Notes under the pieces: model-generated
The model's input: only the letters and a program-made list of their open reading frames with translations
Database searches by the model: none
Told to the model about the DNA's origin: nothing
Made by a program: the position numbers and the translations under genes
From: a virus
IMG/VR virus record: IMGVR_UViG_3300005439_000019
Span: 9,805-73,804 of that record
DNA length: 64,000 nt
Strand: one strand, 5' to 3'
Part shown: piece by piece, positions 15,025-23,522 of the stretch
How positions within the stretch are numbered: the first letter of the stretch is position 1
How the letters are laid out: the number at the start of each line of letters is the position of its first letter

Positions 15025-16137
15025 CTACCGGAAGACAAGAAGCCGCGTTCCCGGGAACAGGTTCCGGTTGTGGGAGGTGGACTGGACGAACACGGTCATC
15101 CCCGGCTTCGGGGTCGGCGCGACCGTGACCTCGTAGCCGTCGGGGAGCCCGACGAGCCCGCGCACCTGGTCGAGCGACCCAGAGTAGACGCGCCGTTCGT
15201 CCTGGGGACGCTCGGGGGCCACCTCGATGGCCACGCTCTTGTACGACTGGATCTTGGCCCGGTCGGTGAACTGGTAGTAGCACTTGCCCTTCGGGTAGGC
15301 GCGCCCCTGGTCAGCGAAGACCTTCTCGATGCCGATCTTGCCGCGCGGGCCGCCGCACATGGCATCGGTGATGTCGATGAAGTAGTAGCTGCCCGGAGTC
15401 ATCGGGACGAGGACGCTCTTCACGTCGGCTGCGGAGAAGTCGCGCATCTCGAACAGGCCGCCGCCGGACCGGACGCTGTAGCCCCGGACTCCCTGGGCGC
15501 GGGCCGCCATGTAGGACTCGGCGACGTCGCCCATGAGGGTGGCCGCCTCCTCGATCCCCTGCTCGGAGGTCGAGTCCCAGACGCTGATGTTAGAGGCCGG
15601 GAAGCCGAACTGCTGAGCCTGCACCTTGCCCATCTGGTCCGGGACGAACAGGCCGTAGGTCTCGTTGTCCGGGGCGGAGGCCAGTGCCCTGGACCACTCG
15701 GAGATCACCCGGGACTGGTTCTCGCGGGTGCGGGGGAAGTAGCTGTCGTTCTCTTCCCCGTCGGTCCAGCCGAAGACGACGAAGGAGTGGTTGCCGTACT
15801 TGACCGGGATCTCCCGCAGGTCGCTCATGGCGAGCTGGAAGGTCTGGAGGAGCGCGGTGTTCCCGTGCGGGTGGTAGAGCCCCTCCAGTGAGGGCACCCT
15901 CAGGACGTCCATGTCGTAGATGACGCACTTTTGGGTCCCGTAGGAGTTGAAGAAGTACACCGTGATCCGGGTCTCCTGGCCGGCCGTCTTCGAGGTGACG
16001 GCCAGGCGGGCGATGAAAGCGTCGAAGACGCGGACCACGGCCGCCCGGAGGCCCCGCATGGACAGTGACTCGTCCACGATCAGGATGAAGTGGTTGATGT
16101 AGTTGGCCGGCTCACTGGCCGTCGCGCCTACGGGCAT
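15025..16137 (-). CDS. von Willebrand factor A (vWA) domain protein (370 aa)
   Basis: ORF track; MIDAS motif HFILIVDESLSM (DxSxS); alpha/beta composition. Confidence 0.55.
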   Translation of the reverse strand: MPVGATASEPANYINHFILIVDESLSMRGLRAAVVRVFDAFIARLAVTSKTAGQETRITVYFFNSYGTQKCVIYDMDVLRVPSLEGLYHPHGNTALLQTFQLAMSDLREIPVKYGNHSFVVFGWTDGEENDSYFPRTRENQSRVISEWSRALASAPDNETYGLFVPDQMGKVQAQQFGFPASNISVWDSTSEQGIEEAATLMGDVAESYMAARAQGVRGYSVRSGGGLFEMRDFSAADVKSVLVPMTPGSYYFIDITDAMCGGPRGKIGIEKVFADQGRAYPKGKCYYQFTDRAKIQSYKSVAIEVAPERPQDERRVYSGSLDQVRGLVGLPDGYEVTVAPTPKPGMTVFVQSTSHNRNLFPGTRLLVFR

Positions 16138-16168
16138 TTTCTCCTCCGGTTATCTTGTTTTCCTGTAT

Positions 16169-16465
16169 TTAGTTTAGCGGAGGGGTCTGACATTCGGGAG
16201 CGGGACCTGGCCTCCGGCTCGTCCAGTCGCGACAGTTCCCGCAGTATCCCTCGCGGATGTCGTCGGGGCTGTAGCTGGTCATCAGGCAGCGCGGGCAGGT
16301 AATGCAGGGCTGCCCGAGGACGGGCGACCAGCAGACCGCGATCCCGTTGGCGTCGCGAACCGACGCCACGTTCCGCTCGAAGGAGACGATGAAGTGGAGG
16401 TTGCGCTGCATCTCGCCGATGACCTCACGGGACAGCCAGCGCCTCAGCCGGGGGAAAAGTGGCAC
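16169..16465 (-). CDS. Cys-rich putative zinc-binding protein
   Basis: ORF track; CITCPRC ... CGNC. Confidence 0.4.
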   Translation of the reverse strand: MPLFPRLRRWLSREVIGEMQRNLHFIVSFERNVASVRDANGIAVCWSPVLGQPCITCPRCLMTSYSPDDIREGYCGNCRDWTSRRPGPAPECQTPPLN

Positions 16466-16474
16466 GCGGGCATG

Positions 16475-16789
16475 CTAGCCCGGTTCCTCGTCGATGACGG
16501 TGCAGTCGTCGTGGATGATGACGTCGCCCTCGCCCCCGGCGACGAACTCGCAGCGGTCGTGCTTAACGAACCTCCACTGGCCGGGAGCATAGTCCGAGAC
16601 GGTGATCACCGCGATGCCCAGCAGCGACACCACGGAGCCTCCCCAGGTGACCATGAACTCGGGGGGCTTCTCCCGCGTCCTGGCGGCCAGCTCGCCGCTG
16701 ACGTCCCTGGCGCAGGTGATCACCTTCCAGCCGGGCTGCCCGTGGACCAGGGCGATATCGGCCATCAGCCGGTCGATGTGGTCGGCCAC
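16475..16789 (-). CDS. hypothetical protein
   Basis: ORF track; high GC3. Confidence 0.4.
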   Translation of the reverse strand: MADHIDRLMADIALVHGQPGWKVITCARDVSGELAARTREKPPEFMVTWGGSVVSLLGIAVITVSDYAPGQWRFVKHDRCEFVAGGEGDVIIHDDCTVIDEEPG

Positions 16790-16793
16790 GCGG

Positions 16794-17138
16794 TCAGGCT
16801 ATCCCGGCGCTGCGGCGGGCCAGCACCGCATGGGTAGCCCCCGACTTGATCCAGTTCTCGATCAGCATCGACGCCGAGGCCCCGCCGGGGCAGAGGCGGA
16901 AGGCGTCCAGGTCGTCGCGGTCCAGGACGATGAAGTGCTCCTGCTGGGCGCGCAGCGCGGCGATCTCCACCTGGCGGGCGGCCGGCTCCGGGATGATCAC
17001 CACGAAGGTCCCCATCCCGGCGGGCAGGTAGAAGTCGGCCGCCTGCATCCCGGCGTCCTCCTGGTCCCACGCGGTGATCCCGTGGAATGAGCACAGCCCG
17101 TAGAACAGGGCGCGCAGCCCCTTGCCGTTATCGTCCAC
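16794..17138 (-). CDS. hypothetical protein
   Basis: ORF track. Confidence 0.4.
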   Translation of the reverse strand: MDDNGKGLRALFYGLCSFHGITAWDQEDAGMQAADFYLPAGMGTFVVIIPEPAARQVEIAALRAQQEHFIVLDRDDLDAFRLCPGGASASMLIENWIKSGATHAVLARRSAGIA

Positions 17139-17352
17139 GGGACAGCACCCGGTCTACGTCCTGCGCGCTGTACGCGCCGGCCGCCTCGCACACGTCCTTC
17201 GCCAGCTCGAACAGGGCGCGGACGGTGCCGAGGGTGAGGGGCGGGTAGCTCCAGGCGCTCAGGAGGGTGACGTCCAGCTCGTCCTGCGATTCTTCCAGCA
17301 GGGCAAGCCACGGGGCCACCTCGGCGACGGCCTGGCTCAGCGGGACGCTCAT
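17128..17352 (-). CDS. hypothetical protein (74 aa)
   Basis: Frame of track ORF 17128..17634 from MSVPLSQ; ATGA overlap with the upstream gene. Confidence 0.4.
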   Translation of the reverse strand: MSVPLSQAVAEVAPWLALLEESQDELDVTLLSAWSYPPLTLGTVRALFELAKDVCEAAGAYSAQDVDRVLSRGR

Positions 17353-17687
17353 GGTGCTTCCCGGCGCGGCTGGCTCCTCCTGCCCGGGAAGCACCCCGGG
17401 CAGCCCTCGACCGTGCCGTCGTCGTCGTGGGTGTGAATGAAGGCCGGGGCAGCCTCGGCCACCTGCTCGTCGAGGAACCCGGCCATCTCCTTGTGCCGGT
17501 CGGGGAGCCTGGTCCACGCCTCCCACAGGATCTCCCGGATGGCCGCCACGCCCGCGCGGTCCCCCATCTCGTCGAGGTCGTAGATGATCCGGTCGACGAT
17601 CAGCCACTTGGTCTCGGCGTCGGTGAACTTGCACGCCTGGAGCCCGGCGCGGATCTGGAGCGCCCTCGCGGCGCTGTTGCTCAGCAT
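17349..17687 (-). CDS. hypothetical protein (112 aa)
   Basis: Frame of track ORF 17349..17759 from MLSNSAARALQ; TGATG overlap with the upstream gene. Confidence 0.4.
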   Translation of the reverse strand: MLSNSAARALQIRAGLQACKFTDAETKWLIVDRIIYDLDEMGDRAGVAAIREILWEAWTRLPDRHKEMAGFLDEQVAEAAPAFIHTHDDDGTVEGCPGCFPGRRSQPRREAP

Positions 17688-17989
17688 CACGGCCTCGCGA
17701 AGGTGAAGTACGGCCGGTAGGTCTCGTTGAAGCCGGGCTTGTCGTAGGTGACTCCCCACCCGGCGGCCCGGTAGACGGACTCGACGTCGAGCAGGTGACG
17801 ATCGTAGATCTCCTGGTGGGAGATCCCGAGGCGCTCGGAGATGGCCTCGGCCGCGTCGTCCTGCATGACGATCGCGGAGCGGCCGTCCCAGGCCTCGGCG
17901 ATCAGCTCGTTGAACACGTCGGTTACTTCATCGGGAAGAGCGGCGGCCTTGGCGGCGGTTACGTCCTCGGGCCGGATCGGATTTGCCAT
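17687..17989 (-). CDS. hypothetical protein, first gene after the promoter motif (apparently leaderless)
   Basis: ORF track. ATG lies 6 nt after the TAAGCT -10 element of the motif at 17996-18017. Confidence 0.5.
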   Translation of the reverse strand: MANPIRPEDVTAAKAAALPDEVTDVFNELIAEAWDGRSAIVMQDDAAEAISERLGISHQEIYDRHLLDVESVYRAAGWGVTYDKPGFNETYRPYFTFARP

Positions 17990-17995
17990 GAATGC

Positions 17996-18017
17996 AGCTT
18001 ATCAAGGAAGGCTGTAT
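17996..18017 (-). promoter_or_regulatory. conserved promoter/operator motif (copy 1)
   Basis: Minus strand reads ATACAGCCTTCCTTGATAAGCTG-cattc-ATG. Extended -10 element TGATAAGCT sits 6 nt before the start codon. Confidence 0.5.
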
Positions 18018-18024
18018 TTGCCTA

Positions 18025-18387
18025 CTACCCGGTGAGCAGGACGTCTTCCGTCACGATGACCAGCCGCCAGGTGCCCTCCGGGACGTCCATGGTGACCTTC
18101 GCGGGCACCTGGAAATGGTCGATCGGGTCGCCGGTTATCCCGGACGCCCCCCACAGGTCGCGGCAGAGCATCATGGCGCGGCGGACCGACGGGTGCATCT
18201 CCAGCCGGAGCCCCTCCGGGAAGATCATCTGCGGGCCGTAGTGCTCGGCCAGGTACCCGCTCGACTTCGTGAACAAGTCGCGGGTCACCTGGTCGGCCTT
18301 GTCCCAGCCGGGGCACCCCCCGCCGTGCGGCTCGCGGTGCGGCTCGTGCAGGTCGTAGTTCCCGCAGCGGGACCAGGGGAGGGGCAT
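18025..18387 (-). CDS. hypothetical protein
   Basis: ORF track. Confidence 0.45.
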   Translation of the reverse strand: MPLPWSRCGNYDLHEPHREPHGGGCPGWDKADQVTRDLFTKSSGYLAEHYGPQMIFPEGLRLEMHPSVRRAMMLCRDLWGASGITGDPIDHFQVPAKVTMDVPEGTWRLVIVTEDVLLTG

Positions 18388-18394
18388 GAAGGGC

Positions 18395-18613
18395 CTACCT
18401 CTCGGCCGCTAGCCCGTTGTTGTGCCTCATGCACGCCTCCTCGGCCAGCTCCGGGGTAACGAAGTGCCCGATCGGGTGATCGTCGTGATAATCCGGGGTG
18501 CCCATGTCGGCGTAGACGTTGCAAGGGTTCTGGTGCCCTGTGCGCCAGTGGCGGCCGACCATGGAGGCGGCAGCCTGGCGGTAGGAGCCGTAAGCCTCGG
18601 TGATGCTGCTCAT
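18395..18613 (-). CDS. hypothetical protein
   Basis: ORF track. Confidence 0.4.
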   Translation of the reverse strand: MSSITEAYGSYRQAAASMVGRHWRTGHQNPCNVYADMGTPDYHDDHPIGHFVTPELAEEACMRHNNGLAAER

Positions 18614-18622
18614 GACGGCAGG

Positions 18623-18892
18623 CTAGCGGTCGCGGAGCCTCTCGAAGGCCAGGACGAGCAGGAGCACCCGGCAGTCGATGTCCCGGGTGTCGATGCTGTA
18701 GCCGTGCGGCACCCCGGCCCGGTCGAGCAGGTGGTGGGCGTTGCGGATCTCGGCGAACATCTCCCCGGCGTAATGGGTGTCCGGGTCGGGCGCGGTCCAG
18801 TTGTTGTTCACCAGGGGATGCGGCTTGAACGCCAGGTCCTCCAGGACAGACCAGTCCACCTCGCCCCGGCCCGGGAACAGCTCCTCGCTCAC
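18623..18892 (-). CDS. hypothetical protein (GTG start)
   Basis: ORF track; high GC3. Confidence 0.45.
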   Translation of the reverse strand: MSEELFPGRGEVDWSVLEDLAFKPHPLVNNNWTAPDPDTHYAGEMFAEIRNAHHLLDRAGVPHGYSIDTRDIDCRVLLLVLAFERLRDR

Positions 18893-19093
18893 ATCCTGGT
18901 AAGACGGCGCACCGGAGGCGGTTGTCCGGGAACACCAGGCAGTCTCTCGCGTGCTCGATGACGTAGGGGGAGGTCTTCCCGTCCCCGGTGATCACCTCGG
19001 CGTCGCATTCCCCACAGGCGAGAGTGCCTGATTTGGTCCAGTAGAGGGTCTGCTGCACCCTTATGTCCTCTCCGGCCCCGCCAGGAAGAAACA
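18893..19093 (-). CDS. possible Cys-containing small protein with no in-frame stop (frameshift or sequencing error?)
   Basis: From ATG near 19091, frame MFLPGGAGEDIRVQQTLYWTKSGTLACGECDAEV... has high GC3. It runs stop-free into the next gene in the +1 frame. The alternative track frame 18889..19104 is Arg-rich with low GC3. Confidence 0.25.
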
Positions 19094-19225
19094 TATACCA
19101 CCATGACGGGACGGGAAATACCTGAAGCCGGCGGTCACCGGGACGTAAGGAAGCCCGCCGCTGATCAATGAGGGAAGAACCATCAACCCTGTCCGGGATC
19201 TCCCCCGGCTCTACTGCGGCAGGCC

Positions 19226-19447
19226 TCACTTCTTCAGGGGCGGCGGCTGTAACTCGTCGTCGCCCAGGCCCTCGGCCATCTCGGTCGTGGGGTCGTTGCT
19301 GTCGTCCCCGAAGATCCACTGGAGAACCCCGTAGACGGCCTCGGCCGCGTCGTCGAACTCGCCGTTGTCCTGGGCGGCGAACGCCGCCTTCTGGGCGCGG
19401 TACCTGGCGGCGTCGATCTCCTCGGTGGTCCGCATGATCCTTGGCAT
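19226..19447 (-). CDS. small acidic protein
   Basis: ORF track; the promoter motif lies ~100 nt upstream. Confidence 0.4.
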   Translation of the reverse strand: MPRIMRTTEEIDAARYRAQKAAFAAQDNGEFDDAAEAVYGVLQWIFGDDSNDPTTEMAEGLGDDELQPPPLKK

Positions 19448-19550
19448 TGACTGCTCCTCGCTGGTGATGTCCGGCGGGGTGCTGCGTGCCGTGGCGTTCC
19501 GCTCCCGTAGGGCGGTGATCCGTGGGATCAGTCACTTCCCTGATGCCACG

Positions 19551-19571
19551 AGTATATCAAGGAAAGCTGTA
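19551..19571 (-). promoter_or_regulatory. conserved promoter/operator motif (copy 2)
   Basis: Minus strand reads ATACAGCTTTCCTTGATATAC; -10-like TGATATACT. Confidence 0.45.
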
Positions 19572-19579
19572 TTTTCCTA

Positions 19580-19867
19580 CTAGGGCCGGGGACGACCCTC
19601 GGCCCAGGCCCTCAGGAGCCCGAGGCTCGGGAACGCTCGACCCCCGGTCCCCCGGTGGCTGTTGCACCACTTGTGGGCCAGCCTCATGTTCTCGGTGGTG
19701 TTCGGGCCGCCGAGGGACCGGGGGATGAAGTGGTCGCGGGACCAGTGCCAGTCGTCGTCGTCGTCCTCGATGCCGAAGTCGATCGGCTCGCGGCACAGCC
19801 AGCAGTCATCGCCGTCGCGCCTGCGGAGCCGGGCCACCTGGCGTGCGACGGCGCGGGAGTGTCCCAT
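19580..19867 (-). CDS. HNH endonuclease (95 aa)
   Basis: Frame of track ORF 19580..19996 from MGHSRAV. Motifs CWLCREP...DHFIPRSLGGPNTTENMRLAHKWCNSHRG. TGATG coupling to the upstream gene. Confidence 0.55.
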   Translation of the reverse strand: MGHSRAVARQVARLRRRDGDDCWLCREPIDFGIEDDDDDWHWSRDHFIPRSLGGPNTTENMRLAHKWCNSHRGTGGRAFPSLGLLRAWAEGRPRP

Positions 19868-20058
19868 TACTCGAAGAACCCGCTCACGTGGAGGGCCAGG
19901 TGCCGGTCCTTGGCCTCCTGGGCTGCCTTCCGGGTGTAGTACCCGTAGGAGTTCCCGAGGCCCGCGACGTTCTCTTCCACCACCGCTTCCCCGCACACCT
20001 CGCAGTCCACGAGGAACACCGGGGTGATGCTGACCTTCGACCGGGGGATCTTCGCCAT
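19867..20058 (-). CDS. small Cys-containing protein
   Basis: ORF track; CEVCGE. Confidence 0.4.
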   Translation of the reverse strand: MAKIPRSKVSITPVFLVDCEVCGEAVVEENVAGLGNSYGYYTRKAAQEAKDRHLALHVSGFFE

Positions 20059-20060
20059 GG

Positions 20061-20402
20061 CTAGCAGCGCTCCCTCAGGGTGATGTCCGCCGCGCCGAGG
20101 TGCACCAGGATCGCCCTGACGTCCTCCAGCGTCCGGGGGCGCAGCTCGGCCATGGCCGCGAAGAACTCGGGTGCCTGGGCGCGGGCCGCGTCCAGGTCTT
20201 CGGGGTCGCAGTAACGGTCGAGGCGGACTTCCCCGCTGCCGTCGTCCTCGATCAGCAGCCCCCAGTAGCAGCCGTCGCCAGGGACGCGGGCTGCGACCAG
20301 GATGTCCGGCACCTTGCCGGGGTCACTGGCGAGCACGGCCGGCCAGTACCAGGCCTCCGACTCGAAGGAGTAGGAGAAGACAGCGCCTTCCGGGAGGTTC
20401 AC
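20061..20402 (-). CDS. hypothetical protein (GTG start), apparently leaderless
   Basis: ORF track; GTG sits 6 nt after the TAAGCT of the motif at 20406-20430. Confidence 0.45.
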   Translation of the reverse strand: MNLPEGAVFSYSFESEAWYWPAVLASDPGKVPDILVAARVPGDGCYWGLLIEDDGSGEVRLDRYCDPEDLDAARAQAPEFFAAMAELRPRTLEDVRAILVHLGAADITLRERC

Positions 20403-20405
20403 TGC

Positions 20406-20430
20406 TACAGCTTATCAAGGAAAGCTGTAT
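20406..20430 (-). promoter_or_regulatory. conserved promoter/operator motif (copy 3, perfect inverted repeat)
   Basis: Minus strand reads ATACAGCTTTCCTTGATAAGCTGTA-gca-GTG. Palindromic arms TACAGCTT/AAGCTGTA. Confidence 0.5.
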
Positions 20431-20745
20431 TAGAACTAGCCCTCTTCCTGGGCCAGGCAGGAGGCTCGCCGGAGTTCGTCCTCGCGGAGTTCGTCCTCGC
20501 GGATTTCCGCGTCCCTCTGCCCGGTGAGATCGAACTTGCGGGGTCCCTGTTCCTGGTTGCCGGCGTCGAGCAGCTCGCGGTCCGGGTGCGGGCGTCCGGG
20601 AACCCGGGTGCGGGTTCTCTCGTGACCTGGCTGGGCCAGGGCCTCTTCGTCATCTGCCATGCCCGTGATCATAGCCCCGGAAATGGCGGAGGCCCTCGTC
20701 GCTTCGCAGCTCGGAGGACCTCCGGTCGCTCTTAACGAGTGATCA

Positions 20746-21771
20746 CTAGCTCTTGGTGATGCTCGCCAGGCCGCGCGGGTTGAGGATCGACATGGCGATC
20801 ATCTCGTCGAACACCCAGCCCTTCCAGAACGCCTCGACGTTGTGGTTCTCCTCAACGTCGAGGCTGTACAGGATAGGGAAAACTCCCAGGAAGTTCGGCT
20901 CGGGCGCGAGGAAGATCTTCGCCTGCGGGACGATGATGCTCCGCTGGATCTGGAACTCGCCGAAGCTGGTGATCGTCTCACCTGCGACAACGCGGTCCTT
21001 GAAGGCCCAGCCGGTCTGGTTGATGTCCCACCTGAACATGTCCCTGTAGTCGAAGGGGTTGATCAGGATGCGGGCCGACGGAAGCTCGTGCAGGTCGGTC
21101 ATCGCCACGGCGGAGTAGAGGCTGCCCGGCGTGAGGTAGCCGCTCGCCTCGGTGATGTTGTGGTTGGGGGTGACCACGTGGTCCGGCCGGGTGGCGTAGT
21201 CGGTGATCGCCGCCTGGAGGAGCACCAGCAGCCGGGCGTCCTCCTGCTTGAGGATGGCCTGCTTGGTCTCGTCCTGCGCCTGCTCGACCGCGTTGATGCG
21301 CAGGTAGAACAGGTCCTCCTTGCGGATCGCGGGACGCGAGGCGATGCGGAAGAACCGAACGGGGATTCGCTTGCCCTCGAACGGGGTAACCCGGACTTCG
21401 CCCTCTGTTCCAGAAAGGATGTAGGCCTGGCCAAGGTCATCCCAGACGTCGTACTCCACCGGGGTACCGGGAGTAACCGGGTCCTCGACCAGGACGTTCC
21501 GGACGATGCCCTGGTAGCGCAGCTTGAGCTGGATGGGGCCGACCATCCCGACGCCCAGCCGGCGGAAGCCGTGCATCTCGTCGCTCAGGATGAGCGCCAT
21601 CTTCCGCACCTTGGCCTCGCGGGTCAGCGAGACCCCGTTGGTCCGGGCGCGGCGCGCCTCGATCTGCGCAACGTAGTCGTCAGACTTGCGCGATGCCACG
21701 CGGGGCCGCAGGCCGCCGCCGGGAGCCAGCGCCAGTTGCCCGCCGGCCGTAGTGGTCGCCAGCTCGGTCAT
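20746..21771 (-). CDS. major capsid protein (HK97-fold-like, 341 aa)
   Basis: ORF track. Size, position downstream of the protease-scaffold gene and composition fit a capsid protein. Assigned by family resemblance only. Confidence 0.5.
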   Translation of the reverse strand: MTELATTTAGGQLALAPGGGLRPRVASRKSDDYVAQIEARRARTNGVSLTREAKVRKMALILSDEMHGFRRLGVGMVGPIQLKLRYQGIVRNVLVEDPVTPGTPVEYDVWDDLGQAYILSGTEGEVRVTPFEGKRIPVRFFRIASRPAIRKEDLFYLRINAVEQAQDETKQAILKQEDARLLVLLQAAITDYATRPDHVVTPNHNITEASGYLTPGSLYSAVAMTDLHELPSARILINPFDYRDMFRWDINQTGWAFKDRVVAGETITSFGEFQIQRSIIVPQAKIFLAPEPNFLGVFPILYSLDVEENHNVEAFWKGWVFDEMIAMSILNPRGLASITKS

Positions 21772-21804
21772 GGTTTTCCTTCCCTGCTTTCCGCGTGTCC
21801 GCGC

Positions 21805-22422
21805 TTAGTCCCTGACCGCCGTCAGCATGGCCGCGTCGTAAGGAGACAGGCCGCCGATGACGAGCTTGGTGGAGGAGCACACCTTCAGCAGCCGGGCCAC
21901 CGGGGCGGAGATGGTGGTGCTCGACGACCAGGGGACGAGCATCCCCTGGTTGGAGGTCGCCGTGCTGACCCCGACGAGGTTCGCGCCGGAGCCGTCAGTC
22001 GGGTCGGTCCAGGTGGCGGTGGCGTCGAAGGCAGGCGCGAGGATCTCGAACTCCGCGTCGGGGCCGAGCACCCACACCGCGAAGGCGTTGATGCCGGCGT
22101 AGAGCAGCTCGTCGATCCCGTCGCCGCCGACGTACAGCGCGCCCAGGCCGTAGACCGGGACCGCTGCGGCGGTGACGTCGGAGCCCGCGTTGCCCGAGTG
22201 GGCAGAGCCGGCCATCGTCTTGCCGCCCATCTGGGTGCTGTTCGCGCCCGCGAGGGTCACCAGGTCGCCGCCCGTGCGGACGAAGCCCATGCCGGGCCAG
22301 ATCGGGATGGCCCGCGTCCAGGCCGGGTCCAGGAAGCAGCTCTTCGGAGTTGCCTGCGTCCACGTGTAGAGCGGCCTGATCGTCCGCTTCACGTAGTCGT
22401 TCGAGAGGTACGTGCGAATCAT
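21805..22422 (-). CDS. head-associated structural protein (decoration-like?)
   Basis: ORF track; Gly/Ala/Thr-rich. Confidence 0.4.
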   Translation of the reverse strand: MIRTYLSNDYVKRTIRPLYTWTQATPKSCFLDPAWTRAIPIWPGMGFVRTGGDLVTLAGANSTQMGGKTMAGSAHSGNAGSDVTAAAVPVYGLGALYVGGDGIDELLYAGINAFAVWVLGPDAEFEILAPAFDATATWTDPTDGSGANLVGVSTATSNQGMLVPWSSSTTISAPVARLLKVCSSTKLVIGGLSPYDAAMLTAVRD

Positions 22423-22504
22423 CGGGCTCTACTCCGTGTCTGGTCGGCCGGGCCGTGTGGCCCTCCTGCTATTCCTTCTGGGGCTGCGGGCGGAAAAGGG
22501 CTCA

Positions 22505-23074
22505 TCAGGCCGCCGCGTACATGAAGAAGGTCGGCCCCGGTGCGGTCGGCGCGATGTACGTCGTGGTGCCGTCGGTGCCCGGCGTCGTCAGGCCGGTCGT
22601 CGATGTCCCGCCGAGCAGCGGCACCGGGACGCCCGTCCCGGTGATGAACTGCGCGGCCGGGTTGAACGTCGGGGCCAGGATGTTCGGGATGGTGGTCGTC
22701 GCGGTGAAGCACAGGCCGAGGTAGTGCTGGCCGGTGTAAGCCGCCGTGTACGGCGCGGTCATCGCCAGGCTCTGCCAGGTGGAGGCGGGCTGGGCGGTGC
22801 TCCCCTGGTCGGCCGAGTGCGCCCGCTGCACGTAGGAGCTGTCCAGGACGGCGGCCCACCAGTGGGTTGGCGCGACCCCGGCGTTAGCCCCGGTGCAGAA
22901 GCCGAGGTGGCCGACGACCTGCCCGATGGTGAGCGTGGTGCTCATGATGTAGAGGGTTCCGCCGTTCGGCGTGCTGGCGCTCGACGCCGTGTACCTGTGG
23001 CACGTCTCGGCGATCGAGCCCGGTATGACGGCGGTCTCGTACGGGTGGGCCGGCGACGGGGCGAACAGGGGCAC
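22505..23074 (-). CDS. hypothetical structural protein
   Basis: ORF track; Thr/Gly/Ala-rich. Confidence 0.4.
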   Translation of the reverse strand: MPLFAPSPAHPYETAVIPGSIAETCHRYTASSASTPNGGTLYIMSTTLTIGQVVGHLGFCTGANAGVAPTHWWAAVLDSSYVQRAHSADQGSTAQPASTWQSLAMTAPYTAAYTGQHYLGLCFTATTTIPNILAPTFNPAAQFITGTGVPVPLLGGTSTTGLTTPGTDGTTTYIAPTAPGPTFFMYAAA

Positions 23075-23078
23075 CGGG

Positions 23079-23516
23079 TCACCAGCTCGTCAGGCGGGCG
23101 TTGCCGTTCGCGGACGCCCAGATCCCGTCGACCCGGCCGCCGTAGACCGGGGCCGGGAACTCGAAGAAGCCCCCGGCCGGGACCTGCACGGTGTAGCTGG
23201 TGGCGCTGGCGGTCGTGCCGAACTTGACGTACAGCACGGCGGTCGAGTCGTTGAAGATCGTCCGGCCGCCGACCGCCCCGGTCGCCGCGCTGAACAGGGT
23301 GACGCTGCTCGCCGACGAGGCGACGGTGGCCTCCGTTGCCGTCGCCACGCTGGTCGGGTCGGCTGCCACCGAGCTGAACAGCGTCGATACCGCGTTCGCG
23401 GACAGGACGCTGTACTGCTCGTCTGACAGCACGGCGGTGCCGCCGGCCGTGTAGCGCAGCCCGTTGGGCAGCACCACGTTGCTCAGGCCGGAGTTGACGG
23501 TCACCTGGTAGGGCAC
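23079..23516 (-). CDS. hypothetical structural protein
   Basis: ORF track; Ser/Thr/Ala-rich. Confidence 0.4.
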   Translation of the reverse strand: MPYQVTVNSGLSNVVLPNGLRYTAGGTAVLSDEQYSVLSANAVSTLFSSVAADPTSVATATEATVASSASSVTLFSAATGAVGGRTIFNDSTAVLYVKFGTTASATSYTVQVPAGGFFEFPAPVYGGRVDGIWASANGNARLTSW

Positions 23517-23522
23517 TGTCGC

